Assembly (NCBI RefSeq): GCF_963921235.1
Contig: NC_086097.1
Location: forward strand, 221,652,001-221,716,000
Length of the DNA stretch: 64,000 nucleotides
Direction: 5' to 3'
Origin: Mobula hypostoma
Taxonomy: Eukaryota
The notes under the pieces are model-generated. The model did not search any database. It saw only the letters and a list, made by a program, of their open reading frames with translations, and was not told where the DNA came from. A program made the translations under genes and the position numbers. The number at the start of each line of letters is the position of its first letter. Position 1 is the first letter of the stretch. Below, piece after piece: positions 1 to 14,169 of the stretch.

Positions 1-1245
1 TTTGTTCATTAATGATGAGAGTGTTATCAATATTCAATGGCTGATACTTAATAGTGAGATGAAGAAACATAGCCTGCTAAATACATTCAGTCATTCGCAC
101 AAACTGAATGAATTAGCTTTGACTGAGCACTCGATGAAACTAGCCAGCAATAATCAAAACATTAGACTGTGGAGGAAGAGTCATTCATTACCCTAAATCA
201 CTGTTAGAGGTCACACAGAAAGTTTTGGGAGGTTCATGGTAACTTTGATGGAATAGGTCAGAGAGCAACATTTGGACTTTATATCACAGGTCTGGCTGTT
301 GTGGTCAATGAGATGGAGAAAGGGGGTGGGGAGAGGTCAAATGTCCAGACATTCAGGAAGCCATTAATTTCTGTTATGAAGTGACAGTGGGAAAGAGGTC
401 AATATTAACAATGAAGCAATTACCCAATCATTACCTTCACAATTGCATCTCAGTCTTAACATCAGTATGCTTCACTGTATCTTCATACATATGTTTACCA
501 ATTGTTGAGAAACAGGAGTTGTTGATGTATTCATCAAACATTTTTATTCTACATTTATAACATCATCTTAGTGGTTTACTCTTGCCATTACACAATTCTC
601 ACTGATCTCCCATTATGGAAGTGAGCGGCTTTCTAGACTACCTTTAGTATTCTCGAGGACAGGGTACTGGCCATTACAAGAATAGCTGCTATAGAACTTA
701 TGGCCAACAGTGGGATGGAGGTCACAGAAAGTGACAGAATGTTAATTTCTAGTTTTTTTCCCATTGTCTCATGAGATGATTTCTTCTGATTTCCAAAATC
801 TACATGGTATTATCTTTCACTTTCAAATATTTCTTCTTTCCAATGTCCAAGAACTCCCATCTGACCAAGCCCTGGATCTTAAGCAATAATGGACTGATTT
901 CAATCTGATGCTCATGGGAATTGCTCCTATGCTAGATTTCTGCACACTGTAGAATGTAGTTGGGTTGTGGGATTAGCACCTGGTGAGCAACTGCATCTCT
1001 GGGGAATGGACAAGATTGATCCAGGTTCCACCTCCTAAGATTGTTACATGCACCATCTGTTCCCCAAGACTCAGATAAGGATTCAGATAATCTGCCGAAT
1101 CTGAAGGATTATCTGAAGGATTCAGATAAAGGCAGAGTGATGATCATAAGCATTGAATAGTTTAAGGCATTGGCAACCTGCTTGAAAGCCTGTGAGAAAT
1201 TTCAGGAAGAATAGAAGGGTGCACCTCTCACGGTGAATTTCTCAT

Positions 1246-1640
1246 AATCATAGTCATACTTTATTGATCCCGGGGGAAATTGGTTTTCATTACAGTTGCA
1301 CAATAAATAATTAAATAGTAATAAAACCATAAATAATTACATAGTAATATGTAAATTATGCCAGGAAATAAGTCCAGGACCAGCCTATTGGCTCAGGGTG
1401 TCTGACCCTCCAAGAGAGGAGTTGTAAAGTTTGATGGCCACAGGCAGGAATGACTTCCTATGACGCTCAGTGTTGCATCTCGGTGGAATGAGTCTCTGGC
1501 TGAATGTACTCCTGTACCCAACCAGTACATTATGTAGTGGATGGGAGACATTGTCCAAGATGGCATGCAACTTGGACAGCATCCTCTTTTCAGACACCAC
1601 CGTCAGAGAGTCCAGTTCCATCCCCACAACATCACTGGCT
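1246..1640 (-). mobile_element. Rex1/Babar LINE, 5'-truncated 3' end
   Basis: ORF 1385-1627 (SHPLH...RLIPPRCNTERHRKSFLPVAIKLYN) matches the Rex1 ORF C-terminus, followed by an AT-rich 3'UTR with AATAAA and a short-repeat tail on the minus strand. Confidence 0.85.
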
Positions 1641-2009
1641 TCTCACATTGAAGCTTGTATTTTTTTGCAGCTTGGAAATGATAAGTAACTCCATTTCACC
1701 ATTTTCGGGTTGGGCAATTTATTAATCCTGTACTCCAAGCTCATTTTAACTGCTGCATTTCCAGGATAATTCATAGTCATTGCTGGAGCTGGTCACAGTC
1801 GAATTCTCTTGCCTGGAAGAACTCCATACACTACTACAGAGTGAGCAATCCAGGAATGGCTGTACAGTTGTTCTCTTTCTGAAGCAGGTGAAAGGATTTG
1901 TTGACTACATCCTTAGAGAGGCTTAGTCTCTGTACATATTTCTCTCCAGAGAGATGCATAAATCCATTCAGGATTGGCCTTCCAGAATTATTGAAAAGGA
2001 CAGCACAGA

Positions 2010-3345
2010 ACGGAGTCCTTGATAAGGATGAGGTGATGGAGTACTTGGTGACACAGGACAAGATAGGGCAAAGTCAGCATGGGAAAATCTTGCCTGATGA
2101 ACCCGTTGGAATTCTTTGAGGAGATTACAAGTAGGATAGGCAAAGGGGATATAACGGAGGTTGTATATTTGGACCTTCAGAAAGCCTTTGACAAGGTGAG
2201 GCTGCTTACCAAGTTAAGAGTCCATGGTATTACAGGAAAGTTACTAACATGGTTAGAGCATTGGCTGATTGGTAGAAGGCAGCCAGTGGGAATAAAAGGA
2301 TCCTTTTCTGGTTGGCTGCCAGTGACTAGTGGTGTTCCGCAGGGGTCGGTTTTGGGACTGTTTCCATGCTGTATATCAATGATTTAGGTGATGAAATAGA
2401 TGGTTTTGTTGCTAAGTTTGCAGATGATACAAAGATTGGTGGAGGGACAGGTAGTGTTGAGGAAACAGTTAGGCTGTAGAAGGACTTAGAGACAGATTAG
2501 GAGAATGGGCAAGAAATTGGTAAATGAAATACAATGTTGGAAAATGCATGGGCATGCTCTTTGGTAGTAGAAATAAATGTGAAGACTATTTTCTAAATAA
2601 GCTGAAAATCCAAAACTCTGAGAAGCAAAGGGACTTGGGAGTCCTTGTGCAGGACACCCTGAAGGTTTACTTGCAGGTTGAGTCAGTGGCGAGGAAGGCA
2701 AATACAATGTTAGCATTCATTTCAATACGTCTTGAATGTAAGAGCAGGGATGTGATATTCAGGCTTTATAAGGCACCGGTGATGCCTCGCCTTGAGTATT
2801 GCGAACAGTTTTGGGCTCCTCATCTAAGAAAAGATGCGCTGGCATTGGAGAGGGTCTAAAGACAGATCACAAGGATGATTCTGGGAATGAAAGGGTTATC
2901 ATACGAGGAATGTTTGATGGCTCTGGGTCTGAGCTCACTGGAATTTAGAAAGATGGGGGGGGATCTCATTGAAACCTTTCAAATGCTGAAAGGCATAGAC
3001 AGAGTAGATGTGAAAAGGATGTTCTACATGATGGGGGATTCTAGAGGGCACAGCCTCAGGATAGAAAGGTGTCCATTTAAAACAGAGATGTGGGGAAATT
3101 TCTTCAGCCAGGGGGTGATGAATTGTGAAATCTGTTACCACATATAACTGTAGAGGCCAGTGGTAGCTGTAGAGGTGTACTTAAGGCAGAGATTGATAGG
3201 TTTGTGATTGAACATGGCATCAAACGTTACAGGAAATGGGGTTGAGGAAGGGAAAAAAGGATCAGCCCTGATTGAATGGCAGAGCAGACTCAATGAGCCA
3301 GAGGGCTTAATTCTGCTCCTATGTCTTACGGTCTTATGATCTTAT
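2010..3345 (+). mobile_element. CR1 LINE, 5'-truncated (RT to 3' tail), decayed
   Basis: YLDLQKAFDKV, SGVPQGSVLG, FADD, RLEYCEQFWAP motifs across frameshifts; (TCTTATG)-like tail at ~3325-3345. Confidence 0.95.
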
Positions 3346-4539
3346 GATTCATCACCTCCCTGTTGACCATAATGCTGATCTACACTATTACCCATTTTCC
3401 TTCTCATCCCTTCCTGGCCAAATGCCTTGCTACTCTCTTAACTTTCTCCTCTCTTGCCTTCAATCTATGCCCTCTGGTTCAAAACAGCCCTACACTGGGA
3501 GAAAGATTCTGACTGTCTTTCCTATCTATACCCCTCTAAAAGGTCACATATTTGCTCCCTGTATTCCAGTGAGAATAAACCTAGTCTACCCAATCTCTCC
3601 TTAAGATTTTCCATTTGATCCCAAGTTTGTCAGATCCAGACATTCTGTAAGTTCATGAAGCATGCACTGCAACATCCATTGAAATGGCCACTATCACTGT
3701 GCTGGCCAGAGTACGGCCTCAAGTCCCACCTCTAAGTGCTGATCAGCCCCAAGTCCCACACTGTACTGCTCAACACCAGCTCTGCAACCACTCTGCAAAA
3801 AGACATGAGGACATTCACCACTGAGAAGCACCTGTGGAAGGCAGGGATTATCACTGGGATCCCAACACAGTGGGGCATGTATCTATGAATATTTGGACTG
3901 GAGGACCATGTGTGCTGTTCCAGGGAAACAGCACACCAATATCCAGTTTGTAAAAACGGCTCCCACCTGAAACTGCTGACAAAACCCAGCAAAATCTGAA
4001 TTACTGTCCCTGATCATTACCATGACATCTTTAAACTTCTCGTTGATGATTAATTTCTTTCAATCTCTGTCATAGCTCTTGCTATTGTCTTCTGAGCATG
4101 AGTCTCAAGAGCCTTCAACCTCTTGAGCACTCAGGACACCTTTCCAACTCTTCTGCCATCAAAATCCTTGACGCCCACCCTCTCCTAAGGGTGACTCATC
4201 AACTGATCTGCAGCAACATTTCAGAATAATCTCATCTCTACTGCCAAATATAATATCCCTCTTCTTATTTTTTCAACATGAATTTGACAGCTTCCTATGT
4301 TGGAATCCAAAGGTGCAGGTTAGATGCAGATCACAAATCTGCACCCACTTATAGTTCTTCAATTTAACACCACCTCACATCCCCATCCCCATCCTGCCAC
4401 CTACTCACTGTGGAAAGTAAATTTTAAAAAGTCTGTTTTGTTAATCACAAAATAATTGATTGCTTTAAACAAAATACTCTTTAGAACTAGGTCGGATGTT
4501 TATTTCACAAAACGTTTTGGGATTGTTGTATGGTTCAGT

Positions 4540-5460
4540 AGGTAACAGCACGGTTCAGCAATTGCTGCTGCTGCTTCAGAGGCCTTCAGAAAAATGATAT
4601 TGTATCTGCTAAATAGGGGCTGTGGACAATTCTGATTTGATGGAGACAAATGTGAAAGCACAGAGGAACATCTGGAGAAATTTCTGAAATGCCAGTTCGC
4701 TGCTGTTGTTACTGTGCGGTCGGGAATCTTCTGGAGGGAAGGCCTCAAAATCCCCGGCTTTGCCTGCTGTCAGCGACCGAGATTGAGGCCAAATCGTTCG
4801 GGCAGAGATGGCGCTCAGTACTTGGTGTTGGAGAGCTGATCGGAGGCTCGAAGTTTTTGGATGAATCAGAGTTGGACTGTGGTCGGGCATGGCAGGGAGA
4901 GTTTTTCTTCCTTCTCCAGTCTGCATGAGATGTGGGACATTTAAGAGACTTTGAACTTTTTACTGTGCTCATGGACTTCTTCATCAAGTTATGGTATTGT
5001 TGCACTGTTGTAACCATATGTTATAATTATGTGGTTTTGTTAGTTTTTTTCAGTCTTGGTCTGTCCTGTGTTTTGTGATATCACACCAGAGGAAATATTG
5101 TATCATTTCTTAATGCATGCATTACTAAATGACAATAAAAGAGGACTGCGTGTCTTCATAATCTAATCTAATCTGAGTTCGATCCTTACACCCCCAAATG
5201 GAGTTGGTATATTCTCCCCATGACTACACAGGTTTTGTCCAGGTGCTCCAGTTTCCTCCCTTGTCCCAGAAACATGCTGCTGATTGGTCAGTCAAACAGT
5301 TGCCGAAAATTATCCCTAATGAAGATGGAGGAGTGTTCACGGACGTGAGAAGGAGAATAGGTTACAGGAGAAACTAAAAGCTGTGTGGGATTTGTTGGGA
5401 TTGCTCTGAAAACCAGCAAAGACTCAAGTGGCAAAATGGACTCCTTCTGTTCTGTACAAA
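4540..5460 (+). mobile_element. HE1/V-SINE-like tRNA SINE interrupted by an insertion at ~4578-5173
   Basis: Head at ~4540-4577; B-box-like GAGTTCGATCC and V-domain-like GGTGCTCCAGTTTCCTCCC resume at 5174. Confidence 0.6.
4578..5173 (+). mobile_element. Non-autonomous retroposon with Rex1-like (AATCT)n tail, copy 1
   Basis: Colinear with 44948-45595; ends CAATAAAAGAGGACTGCGTGTCTTCATAATCTAATCTAATCT. Confidence 0.8.
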
Positions 5461-5673
5461 AATATGAGCAAAGGAGAAGCACTTATAATCATCACCAAGA
5501 TTTCATCTGCCCACCCCCAGTTCTAATTTAAATCAGTTTTATGTGGTGCACAATCAAGTATCAAATACCATCATCTATTTTTTCTGATGACATTCCAGCT
5601 TCCTGCCAGCACCAATGATATTTATGAAAATCACAAGTAGGGTTAAGCAGAAATATTAGGCAGAATTAACTTA

Positions 5674-5810
5674 CAAACGCAAGAAAGTCTGCAGATGCTA
5701 GAAATCCAAAGCAGCAGACACAAAATGCTAGAGGAACTCAGCAAGTCAGGCAGTGTCTACGGAAATGAACAGAGAGCTGATGTTTTGGGCTGAAGCTCTT
5801 CTTCAGGACT
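5674..5810 (-). mobile_element. Penelope-like element tail with degenerate hammerhead motif
   Basis: Reverse complement reads AGTCCTGAAGAAGAGCTTCAGCCCAAAACATC...CTGCCTGACTTGCTGAGTTCCTC; same family as 40003-40460. Confidence 0.8.
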
Positions 5811-7450
5811 AATTAAGTTAACCTATCATCTTTGTGACCTTTAAACCACAAAGAACAGCACATTTGCAGGTTTCTGTACCTATGCAGGCCGGTGAGCACT
5901 GGGTAAGAGGGTACTTTGGCCAGCCAACGTCAATAGTTTACTTCATGTGTTTTTAATGCAACCAGCTGTGTGAATTTGTGTGAAACTAATCCAGCTTACT
6001 TGTAAAAGCTTCATGAACTTTGTGTTCAATTCTTAGATGTAACAAAACACATCATGCACGGAGTTTATTTTCTTTCGTAACAAGTTTTCAAAGCCATTGT
6101 TCAGCTTAAGGAGCCATGTTTGTTGATTTTGGCCCTTTTTCTCTCTTCCCTGAAGTTAACTTATCCTCCGACACTAACCCAAGCAATGGAGATCATTCAG
6201 CAGTTTTGCACTGGTGAAATTTGGCTGTGAATTTCCTGGCTCAGGGTTTGTAGCTGTTATATAACACCTAGTTGATAGTGGAATAAGTAACAAAAGAGTG
6301 CAATAAATAACAAAAGAATGCAAAATTTTATTATAAATTTAAATCATTACATATGCCTAATGAACAGTTTAAAATTGATCTATGTTTCTTTACACACAGA
6401 AACACATTATGACATTTTTAGTACTTTGAACAGTTTTTCAACTATTTTCAAAATATTCTACACTCTCTATATAGTATTGTTTTCAGTCATATAAAAACTC
6501 ATGCCACAGATAATAATAGTCAGGATTATTACCTTTCTGTCAATGGGAACTGTAAACTACGTTAACATGTCAGGATGAAAATTTTACATCTTATTTTCCA
6601 AGAAAATATAACTCCTTAATATTCTGAAGTTTAAAATAAAAGTAATTTGTGTGATTAGTTTGATCTGTTCATACCTGTGAATTTGTAGGTTTGTTATATT
6701 TGAAGCAAACATATGTTTCAGAAATTTTGAATCTGGAGTGGATTAAATATTAAGATTTATAAAATTACACTATTTCAATAGAACTAAGTAGCACTAATTT
6801 CTTTAAAATGTTTCTTTTCCTTGCATTTGTTAAGGTGTAATTCGAGGAAAAATTAGAGAAAGAATGACAGTTGGAGAGTTGAAGATTCCATTTAACTGGT
6901 ACCATGTTACTAATAGGCAGACATCATAAATGTGTTTCTTTAGGTGTATGCAAAGATTTGTATATATCTGTAGTGGAACTAATTTGGTGTCAGACACTGG
7001 TGCCTTCTGGAAATCAAACAGGCTCCAGAAATTAATTTATCCAAATAACCAGCCTTTTATAGCCCAACTGTATGGGGAGGCCAAAATGGTATAAGCAGGC
7101 AAAGCCCTCTTTTGAAGTCTGGAATGTTTTGACTGACTTAAAACAGGCGGCAGGAATGAAAGGATAATTTTCAGTAACCCATGGGATTCTGCACAATTTT
7201 TGGATAGGAGGTATAAAACTGATTGATCTACATTAAAAAAGATATAGCTGCACAGGACACAGATTTTGAGTGTTGAACTTCATTAGAATAAGAGCTAAAA
7301 TTACTGTCTAAGTTTTCACAGATTAGTCAACCTATCCATAAGAGCAAATGGCAGTGTTCATCCAACTCTTACCTTTCGCATTAGTTTGTAGTTAAGTTTC
7401 TACAATAGCTAACACAAGTAATGTATTTTTTTCCAATATATTTTATTTCC

Positions 7451-8028
7451 AATTTTAGTGCAGAGTTGGGAAATTGCTGTTCAAACTCAGCTAGTAAGCT
7501 TTGGACTATCCTACTTTGGGACTATTGCTGAGAAAAACTGAATGTTTGGCGCAGAATAATCAACATTTGCAAGCAAGTTCAGCAAGCAGCCGCACGGTAG
7601 GGTAGTGGTTGACACAACCCCTTTGAGTACCTATGACCTGGGTTCAATCTCCGCTGCTGCCTGTAAGGCATCTGTATATCCTCTCCGTGGTCATGTGGGT
7701 TTTGTTTGGGTGCTCTGGTTGGTAGGTTAACTTCTCCTGTGATTAGGCTAGGATTAAATCGGGGGATTCCTGGGTGGTGCAGCTCAAATTCCTGGAAGGG
7801 CTTATTCCGTGCTATATCTCAATAAATAAAAAATAAGTAAATTATAGAGATTTGATTCAATTATGTGTCTTACTATCATATGTTCACTTTAACAAATATT
7901 GGAACTGAACTTGCTTGTAAATGATGATTGTTCCATGCCAAACATTCTCAGCAATAGTCCCAAAGTAGAAAATTCCAAAGCTCACTGGCTGAGTTTAAGC
8001 AGTGATTTCTCAACTATGCTCTAAAGTT
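7451..8028. repeat. Long inverted repeat (~130-bp arms), fold-back/MITE-like
   Basis: CTACTTTGGGACTATTGCTGAGAA...GCAAGTTCAG (7451-7582) is the reverse complement of CTGAACTTGC...TTCTCAGCAATAGTCCCAAAGTAG (7905-8028). Confidence 0.85.
7586..7840 (+). mobile_element. HE1/V-SINE-like tRNA SINE
   Basis: A-box-like head, GGGTTCAATCTCC B-box, partial V-domain, AATAAATAAA tail. Confidence 0.75.
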
Positions 8029-8140
8029 GAACTCAGCCATGAAGTGTGAACTTTCTGAATTTGATTTGAACTGTGACATGGCAACAAAGAGCCTATTCAT
8101 TTCAGTGGAGAGGAATGGCTGCAAGGGAGAAGTTTACAGA

Positions 8141-8272
8141 GGGTCCTGATAGAGGGTCTTGGCCCAAAACGTCTCTTGTTTACTCTTTTCCGTATATGCT
8201 GCCTGGTCTGCTCAGTTCCTCCAGTATTTTGTGTGTGTGTTACTTTGGATGTTCAGCATCTGCAGATTTTCT
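8141..8272 (+). mobile_element. Penelope-like tail with degenerate hammerhead motif
   Basis: GTCCTGATAGAGGGTCTTGGCCCAAAACGTC...ATGCTGCCTGGTCTGCTCAGTTCCTCCAG. Confidence 0.8.
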
Positions 8273-9039
8273 TGGGCTTGAAAGTATAAAGAAGCTTGTG
8301 TGCTTTTGAAATAATTGGGTTTACTTGTTTTGTCTCTGTCTTGAGGATGTCCGTGAAGAGTAAGAATTTCAGGCTGTATACTCTATATGTTCTCTGACAT
8401 TAAATTGAACATTAAATTGATACTTCAGCATTTTTAACTTTCTCTAAAAGAGTCTACAAGTTAATTTATGTTGATTTAATTTCTAATAACTTCCAACATT
8501 TTGAATTGTTTAATTGAATTCTCGTAACTTTTTAATGTTTCTGAATCTGGTAACGTTCAAAAGCAATAAAATCTTTCACAATTTTGACACCAGTTTTAGA
8601 TTACATTTTACAGTTGATCTCAGAATACAGATGAATCAGGTTTAATATCACCGGCATATGTCAGTGAAATTTGTTAACTTAACATAGTAGTACAATACAA
8701 TACGTGATAAATATAGAAATAAAGCTGAATTACATATATATATAAAATATTTAAGAGTCTGAGTGTGGGCTTTGGCAAGGAGAGTGCTCAGTGAATAGCC
8801 AATCTTTCAGAACCAATTCAATCCTCAAAATAAAGGTATGGATTTTAGATAGGAGAAGGATATATTTAGAGTAGAACAAAGGCTTTCTTGCTTTGTACTT
8901 TCTTGCTCCCTTTCATATACAGTCATAATGTAGTTCAAGGGTCATCCTTGGCAGGAGAACTTGGCCCCATGAGTGACTACCAGATGAAGCTTTAGGTTCA
9001 GGTAAGTAATGCAGAAATCCCTTGTGGCCATTGCCCGTA

Positions 9040-9790
9040 CAAAAGATATTCTATTTTGAATACTGCTGGGGGATCATGGATGAGGTGGGGGAGGTCCTGT
9101 TGGGAAGTTAACAACAGCCAAGCTAATGCCACCAAGGTGGTTCTCCTGTACAGAAGGGAGCAAAAGATTAGGAGAGCTGTAATGGCAGGGATTTCAGTTG
9201 TTTGGGGGAGCAGTCAGATAATTTGGCCGCAATAAGATTCTCAGGCAGGATAGGTAAACAACCAGAGGTTGTGGTTCACATTGGTATTAGCTATAAAGAT
9301 GGATGAGGTACTGCTGCAAAAAGGATCTAGGTCCGAGACTAAGGACGAGGAGCTCTGGATTATGTCTCGTGTCTCACCTTGGTGAATATAGTAACGGGAG
9401 GATTAACCTGCTGAATGTATGTATGGTTAAAGGGGTGGTGCAAGAAGTGGGGAGCGGCTTAGCCTTCTGGATCACTGATAGTTTCTGAGGAACGTGACAC
9501 CTGTACAGGCTGAATCAAAATAAGACTAACACCCTTGTAAGGAGATTTCCCAATACATTTGGAGGAGAGTTTAAATTGATTGGCAAGTGAATGGAGCACA
9601 GAAAGATGTGTGAACTATGTTAAGTAAGCTGACATGAAAATTAGTTCTGATGATGATAGTGAGAAAGATCATCTTAGGTTACAGGAAGATATCGATCAGT
9701 TGGTAAAATGGGCAGGGCAATGGCGGATAGAATTTAATCCTGATAAGCATGAAATGACACACTTTGGGAGGATTAATGAGGATTAGCTTC
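9040..9790 (+). mobile_element. Old CR1 fragments (ORF1 esterase region plus RT C-terminus)
   Basis: QPEVVVHIG-like codons at ~9260; D.L.KWA.QW.IEFNPDK...HFGR-like codons at ~9690-9770. Confidence 0.6.
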
Positions 9791-11129
9791 ATCTAATATT
9801 TCTCCTTCAATCTATTCATAAAATTGGTTCTATATAGTAAATAGTATAAAATAATGACAACAAGTTATACAACCAAATTTAAACGGTGTAAGATATACTT
9901 CATGGCAATAATTATCGTTAGTATAATAAATCAAAATTAAGCATAGACTCAATTTAAAATCTCTGATAAATTAGCCATCGCAGGAGTCCCGGCAAGAATT
10001 AAGCATGGTTAGAAGCTAATATTTAAGATTATTTGATATTCAGAAAGGGTAGGCAAATTAGCAAAGGTTTGGATTGATAGCAATATTCCTCATAGAAGTG
10101 AGAATCCCTACGGAATGCAGTCCTTCTGAGGCAAATTCTTATATGCTGCCTGATGGTGGTAATGCTGTTACAGTGGCATAAATATGGCCAAGGAAACAGA
10201 ATGCAAATTTATTTATTTACTAAGAGAGTTTATAACTTTTTTGGGGGGATTGGGAGATGCAGATTAAGTTCTGTATAAAAAAAAACAATTGTTTAAACTT
10301 TGCAGTAAATGGTGAAAGTATAGTACTCACCATTTCTACAGTGACTTTTGCCCCAAAGGTGTTTACAGACTTTTGACTGGAGGCTGGCTAATTGGTAAAT
10401 ATGTATATTGAACATAAAATGGTTATCAAGGCATTGTGGTGTCAATAAGCAGACAGGAAGAATCATCAAGGCTCTCCTATCAATCAGTTTGAACATTCCT
10501 CACTGAGCTTCTCAGAGGTTAACATTAATCTCAGCTGTTTGGAGTATGTGTGCAAAGAAGTTACAGTATAACTCATTGTAAACTTTGTGAATGTCATGAA
10601 ATGTTCACGAAGTTTCAATGAATTCATTAGCTGTGTTTTTGCAAAGCTTTCACAGACTGTAGTATATCCCTGTCCCTTCCTGTGGTGCATTTTAAGTATT
10701 ATTTAAGTCATAATTCTTGTATTTCAAAGGTCCGCCTTTCTTTTCTGTAAACTTTGAGCTAAATAGCTGAGCACAGTTATTGTTAAAAAATTTTTTGGAG
10801 TCAGTTTGTGGGCAATCTTGCACCTGTAATGATTTTGCGTCAGATATCTGTGTAAATAAGGTGGCTGGACAGGTGGACAAGTGTACAGGCATTAAATTAT
10901 TCTAGTGTGCCTTTCACTGAACTGCGAGTAAGATGAGAATGAGTTTGGTCGTTCCAAATTAATGCTGGATTACAGGGTCTTTAGCAAAGGTACTGCACTC
11001 TGAAACTTGTGAAGAATCTTAGAAGTAAGTTAGACCGCAGCACGGGTTCCAGAATGCTTGCAAAATAAATTAGTATATTTTAGAATTTACTTGGAAAAGA
11101 ATAAAGATTCCTTCAATGGTCAGCTCTCT

Positions 11130-11470
11130 TTTTTCTTCTCTTTTGACTGTTAAACTGCTGGTGTTTAGGGGAGCAATGAAGGTCTTCCATGTCTGGTAGT
11201 GTTCACAGCTTCCTTCACTGTGTCAGTAGCTTCCTTCTTGTTTTTCACTACTGTCGATCATGCAAGTCCTGGGTGGAGACCCAGGACTACTGTCACACTC
11301 AGATGTAGGATTCTTCATTGCTGTTTTGTTTTAACAGTCAGGTTTGCTAGCCCTGAGCTGAACCCCTGAACCTCAAGGATCGTTGGGCCACTGTTAGACT
11401 GGCCTTTATTCTTTGACTGTTTGGAATGAGTAACCCTGTCAAAAGCCCTGACTCCAGCAATCATAGACCT
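11130..11470 (-). mobile_element. RTE-derived short element (tentative)
   Basis: (GAA)-like tail on the minus strand and an RTE-5'UTR-like GGGCTAGCAAACC motif; similar motif at 14170-14355. Confidence 0.45.
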
Positions 11471-13605
11471 TCATGCTTTGAACCTCAGTATCGCCCCAGG
11501 ACTCTCAATACCTCGTACACTGGACTTGCTGATGATGGGGCCCTGAAAACTAGGCCTGGAACTTTGGTCTCACTGATTATGTGTTCCTAAAATCCAACTA
11601 CACCCATGCTGCTGCTTTTGAATGCAGTACAGAGGCTTCGACTTAGACTCTGGTCTGTCCTCCAATTCCCCCACATCGCCGTTCCTAAATCCTAACTCCC
11701 CTCTCTGTTGCCAAAACCATGCCTATGAACCTGAAACAAAGCCTAAAAACTAGCTAAATCAGAGCCCTTTTCCATTCTCCATTCTGGTTACCATTTCACC
11801 TTTTCTGTTCTCCTGAACTGCCCATCACCTCATCATGACACCTTCCATCCATTCCCAGGATGATAAAATAATATTGAAATTCAGAGACTGGAAACTAGTA
11901 TAAACTGGCAAAGCCGTGATCTTTGGATGAATAGGCCTCACAGTTGGTAAAGGTGGAGAAGGAACTGTATTGGATCAGCTTACATTTAACATGAATGGAA
12001 CTTGGTATACCAGCTAGGAGTGCATGGGGACAGTTGTCTAGATAAGGCAAGGAAGGTGATGTTACACATCTATTTGATGAACCTGATCTGGAACTGCTGG
12101 TCAACGCAGAACAATTAAAGTGTAAACTGTCTCATTCAACCTGTGATGAGGAGAAGGATGGAATCAATGCAAGGACATAATTATTACATTTAGGAAATTG
12201 TGCCTCATATTAGAGCAAGTGGCAACCAAGCAGTCAGCCAAGATATCAAGAGAGCTGACAGAGAATTGAACTAAATTTCATCATCTGCAATCTGATTCTA
12301 TGCCTCTGCCTCATATCAACAAAGGATGGTGATTATATGAGGAAGAGAAGGGGTGGGGGGTGTGGGGCAGATCCTTGGTCATTTTGGGGATATCGGTGCA
12401 GATTTGGATAAGAACTCAAAGCTAAAGTTGCAGTGTCTACAATTCAATGAGTGTAGTTGAAAGGAAAGAAGAAAAGCCAAGGACAAAGAGACATGTTCCA
12501 GCTGCTTCCCTGAAAGGTCATTCGAAATAAATTGGAGTCCCACTAAGGTGGAGAATGGAAAAGGGAAATTAAAGAAGTCTAGTCACCATATCATGTAAAC
12601 GAGGTGTAATGAAATCCTATAGTAGCACAGGCCCTTATATGTCTTTAAACATGATGCTTTTAGTGCTTTCAAGACATTTTGAGAGGGATGGTTAGCTCCT
12701 TAAAATAGGGAATTTAGAAAAAGATGGGAGAAGTTCCAGAAGACATCAATATAAAGACTTGGGAAAAGAATTAAAGCTTTTTGATGAGACAATAGTTTGT
12801 AAATATAAGAAGACAGAATAATTTTGAAAAGGAAAAACAAGGACCTACAATTGAAGACAGATGAAAGAATGGATAGTTCCTCATGATCATACGATAGAAC
12901 CTATTATTGAAAAATCCTTTCAGAATTTGTGAAAGTCCAATTTATCTTCACCTGCCAGAACAAAGGAGACTTGCTGAGAAGCCATTGACAGCTGGTTATA
13001 TCATGGGTGGTTTTACTTTGGAAAACATAATTGTTACCATCATTCGACAAAGTTACTGTTTCATTGTAATCTGAACATGTCTGACAGTGAAAACTGCTCT
13101 TTGTAACATTGTTAAGAATTGTTATGTGGTGCTAAGACTTCAACAGGGATTTTTCATAATTCACTAGGAAAACAAGCCTTCAAATATGATGATGGCTTGC
13201 TGGACTGCTGCCTGAATTGCCTCTTGACACAAAACTCTAATGAGCCAACTGTGTAAATAAGAATGTACTTAAAAAGATCTGCAATCCAAGTGGTCTGCAA
13301 TAATGAACAGACATTTTATATATACTCTGACGACTCATGAAAGGCTGCAGAGAATCATTTCATACTGGCAATTGTGTACTTTGAAGACATTTCATCCACC
13401 TAAGTAACAATAATTGAACGTAAGGTGTTCCTTGTATAGTCAGCAATCTAGGTAAATAAATGGTTGATCTGAAGATATCATACTGTTTTGCAGTTAATGT
13501 GTGATTCTATTTAGGAGTCTGGGAAATAAAGTAGAATGGAAACGCTGACAACAAATTTGCTTAAAGCTTCTTGCCACACTATAATTTCAGTGAAAATCCA
13601 CAATA

Positions 13606-13935
13606 GAGGTGTATAAGGTGATAAGAGGCATTGATAGATTGGGCATGGCAGAAGCAGCCAATACAAGAGGGCAAAATTTTAAGGTGATTAGAGGAAAGTA
13701 TAGGAGTGATGTCGGAAGTAAATTTTTAGGCAGAGCGTGGTCGGTATGTAGAATGCACTACCAGGGTGGTGATACTCTAGGGGCATTTAATCGATTCTTA
13801 GTCAGGCGCACAGATGAAAGAAAAATGGAGGGCAATGTTGGAGTAAAGTATTAGATTGATCTTGGAGCAGGCTAAAAGGTCAGCACAGCATTTTGGGATG
13901 AAGAGGCTGCACTGTGCTTGTAATTTCCATGTTTT
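13606..13935 (+). mobile_element. CR1 3' fragment
   Basis: YKVIRGIDR...TRGQNFKV followed by CR1 3'UTR. Confidence 0.85.
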
Positions 13936-14169
13936 TAATCTCATGAAGTAGAAAACCTAATTTCCTGATCAACCTTAACTACTTCTATCACTCTAAAAGA
14001 TTGACTGGCATGAATTCATTTGCAAAAGGATACATACTTTGGCCTTGAAATATCACAGTTAGTTAAAAATATTGTTAATGATTGTTCACGTAACTTTTCC
14101 TAATCTATTAATTTTCCTAACCTACTAATGTGTTCCTCTCCAAATTTCCCACAGAGTAAATATAGTTGT

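Noticed and set aside
6835..6898. Possible coding exon VIRGKIRERMTVGELKIPFN
   Set aside because: Weak donor (GTACCA), no recognisable protein and no partner exons
7586..7660. tRNA-like A/B boxes (also at 19097 and 4540)
   Set aside because: SINE heads; no complete cloverleaf
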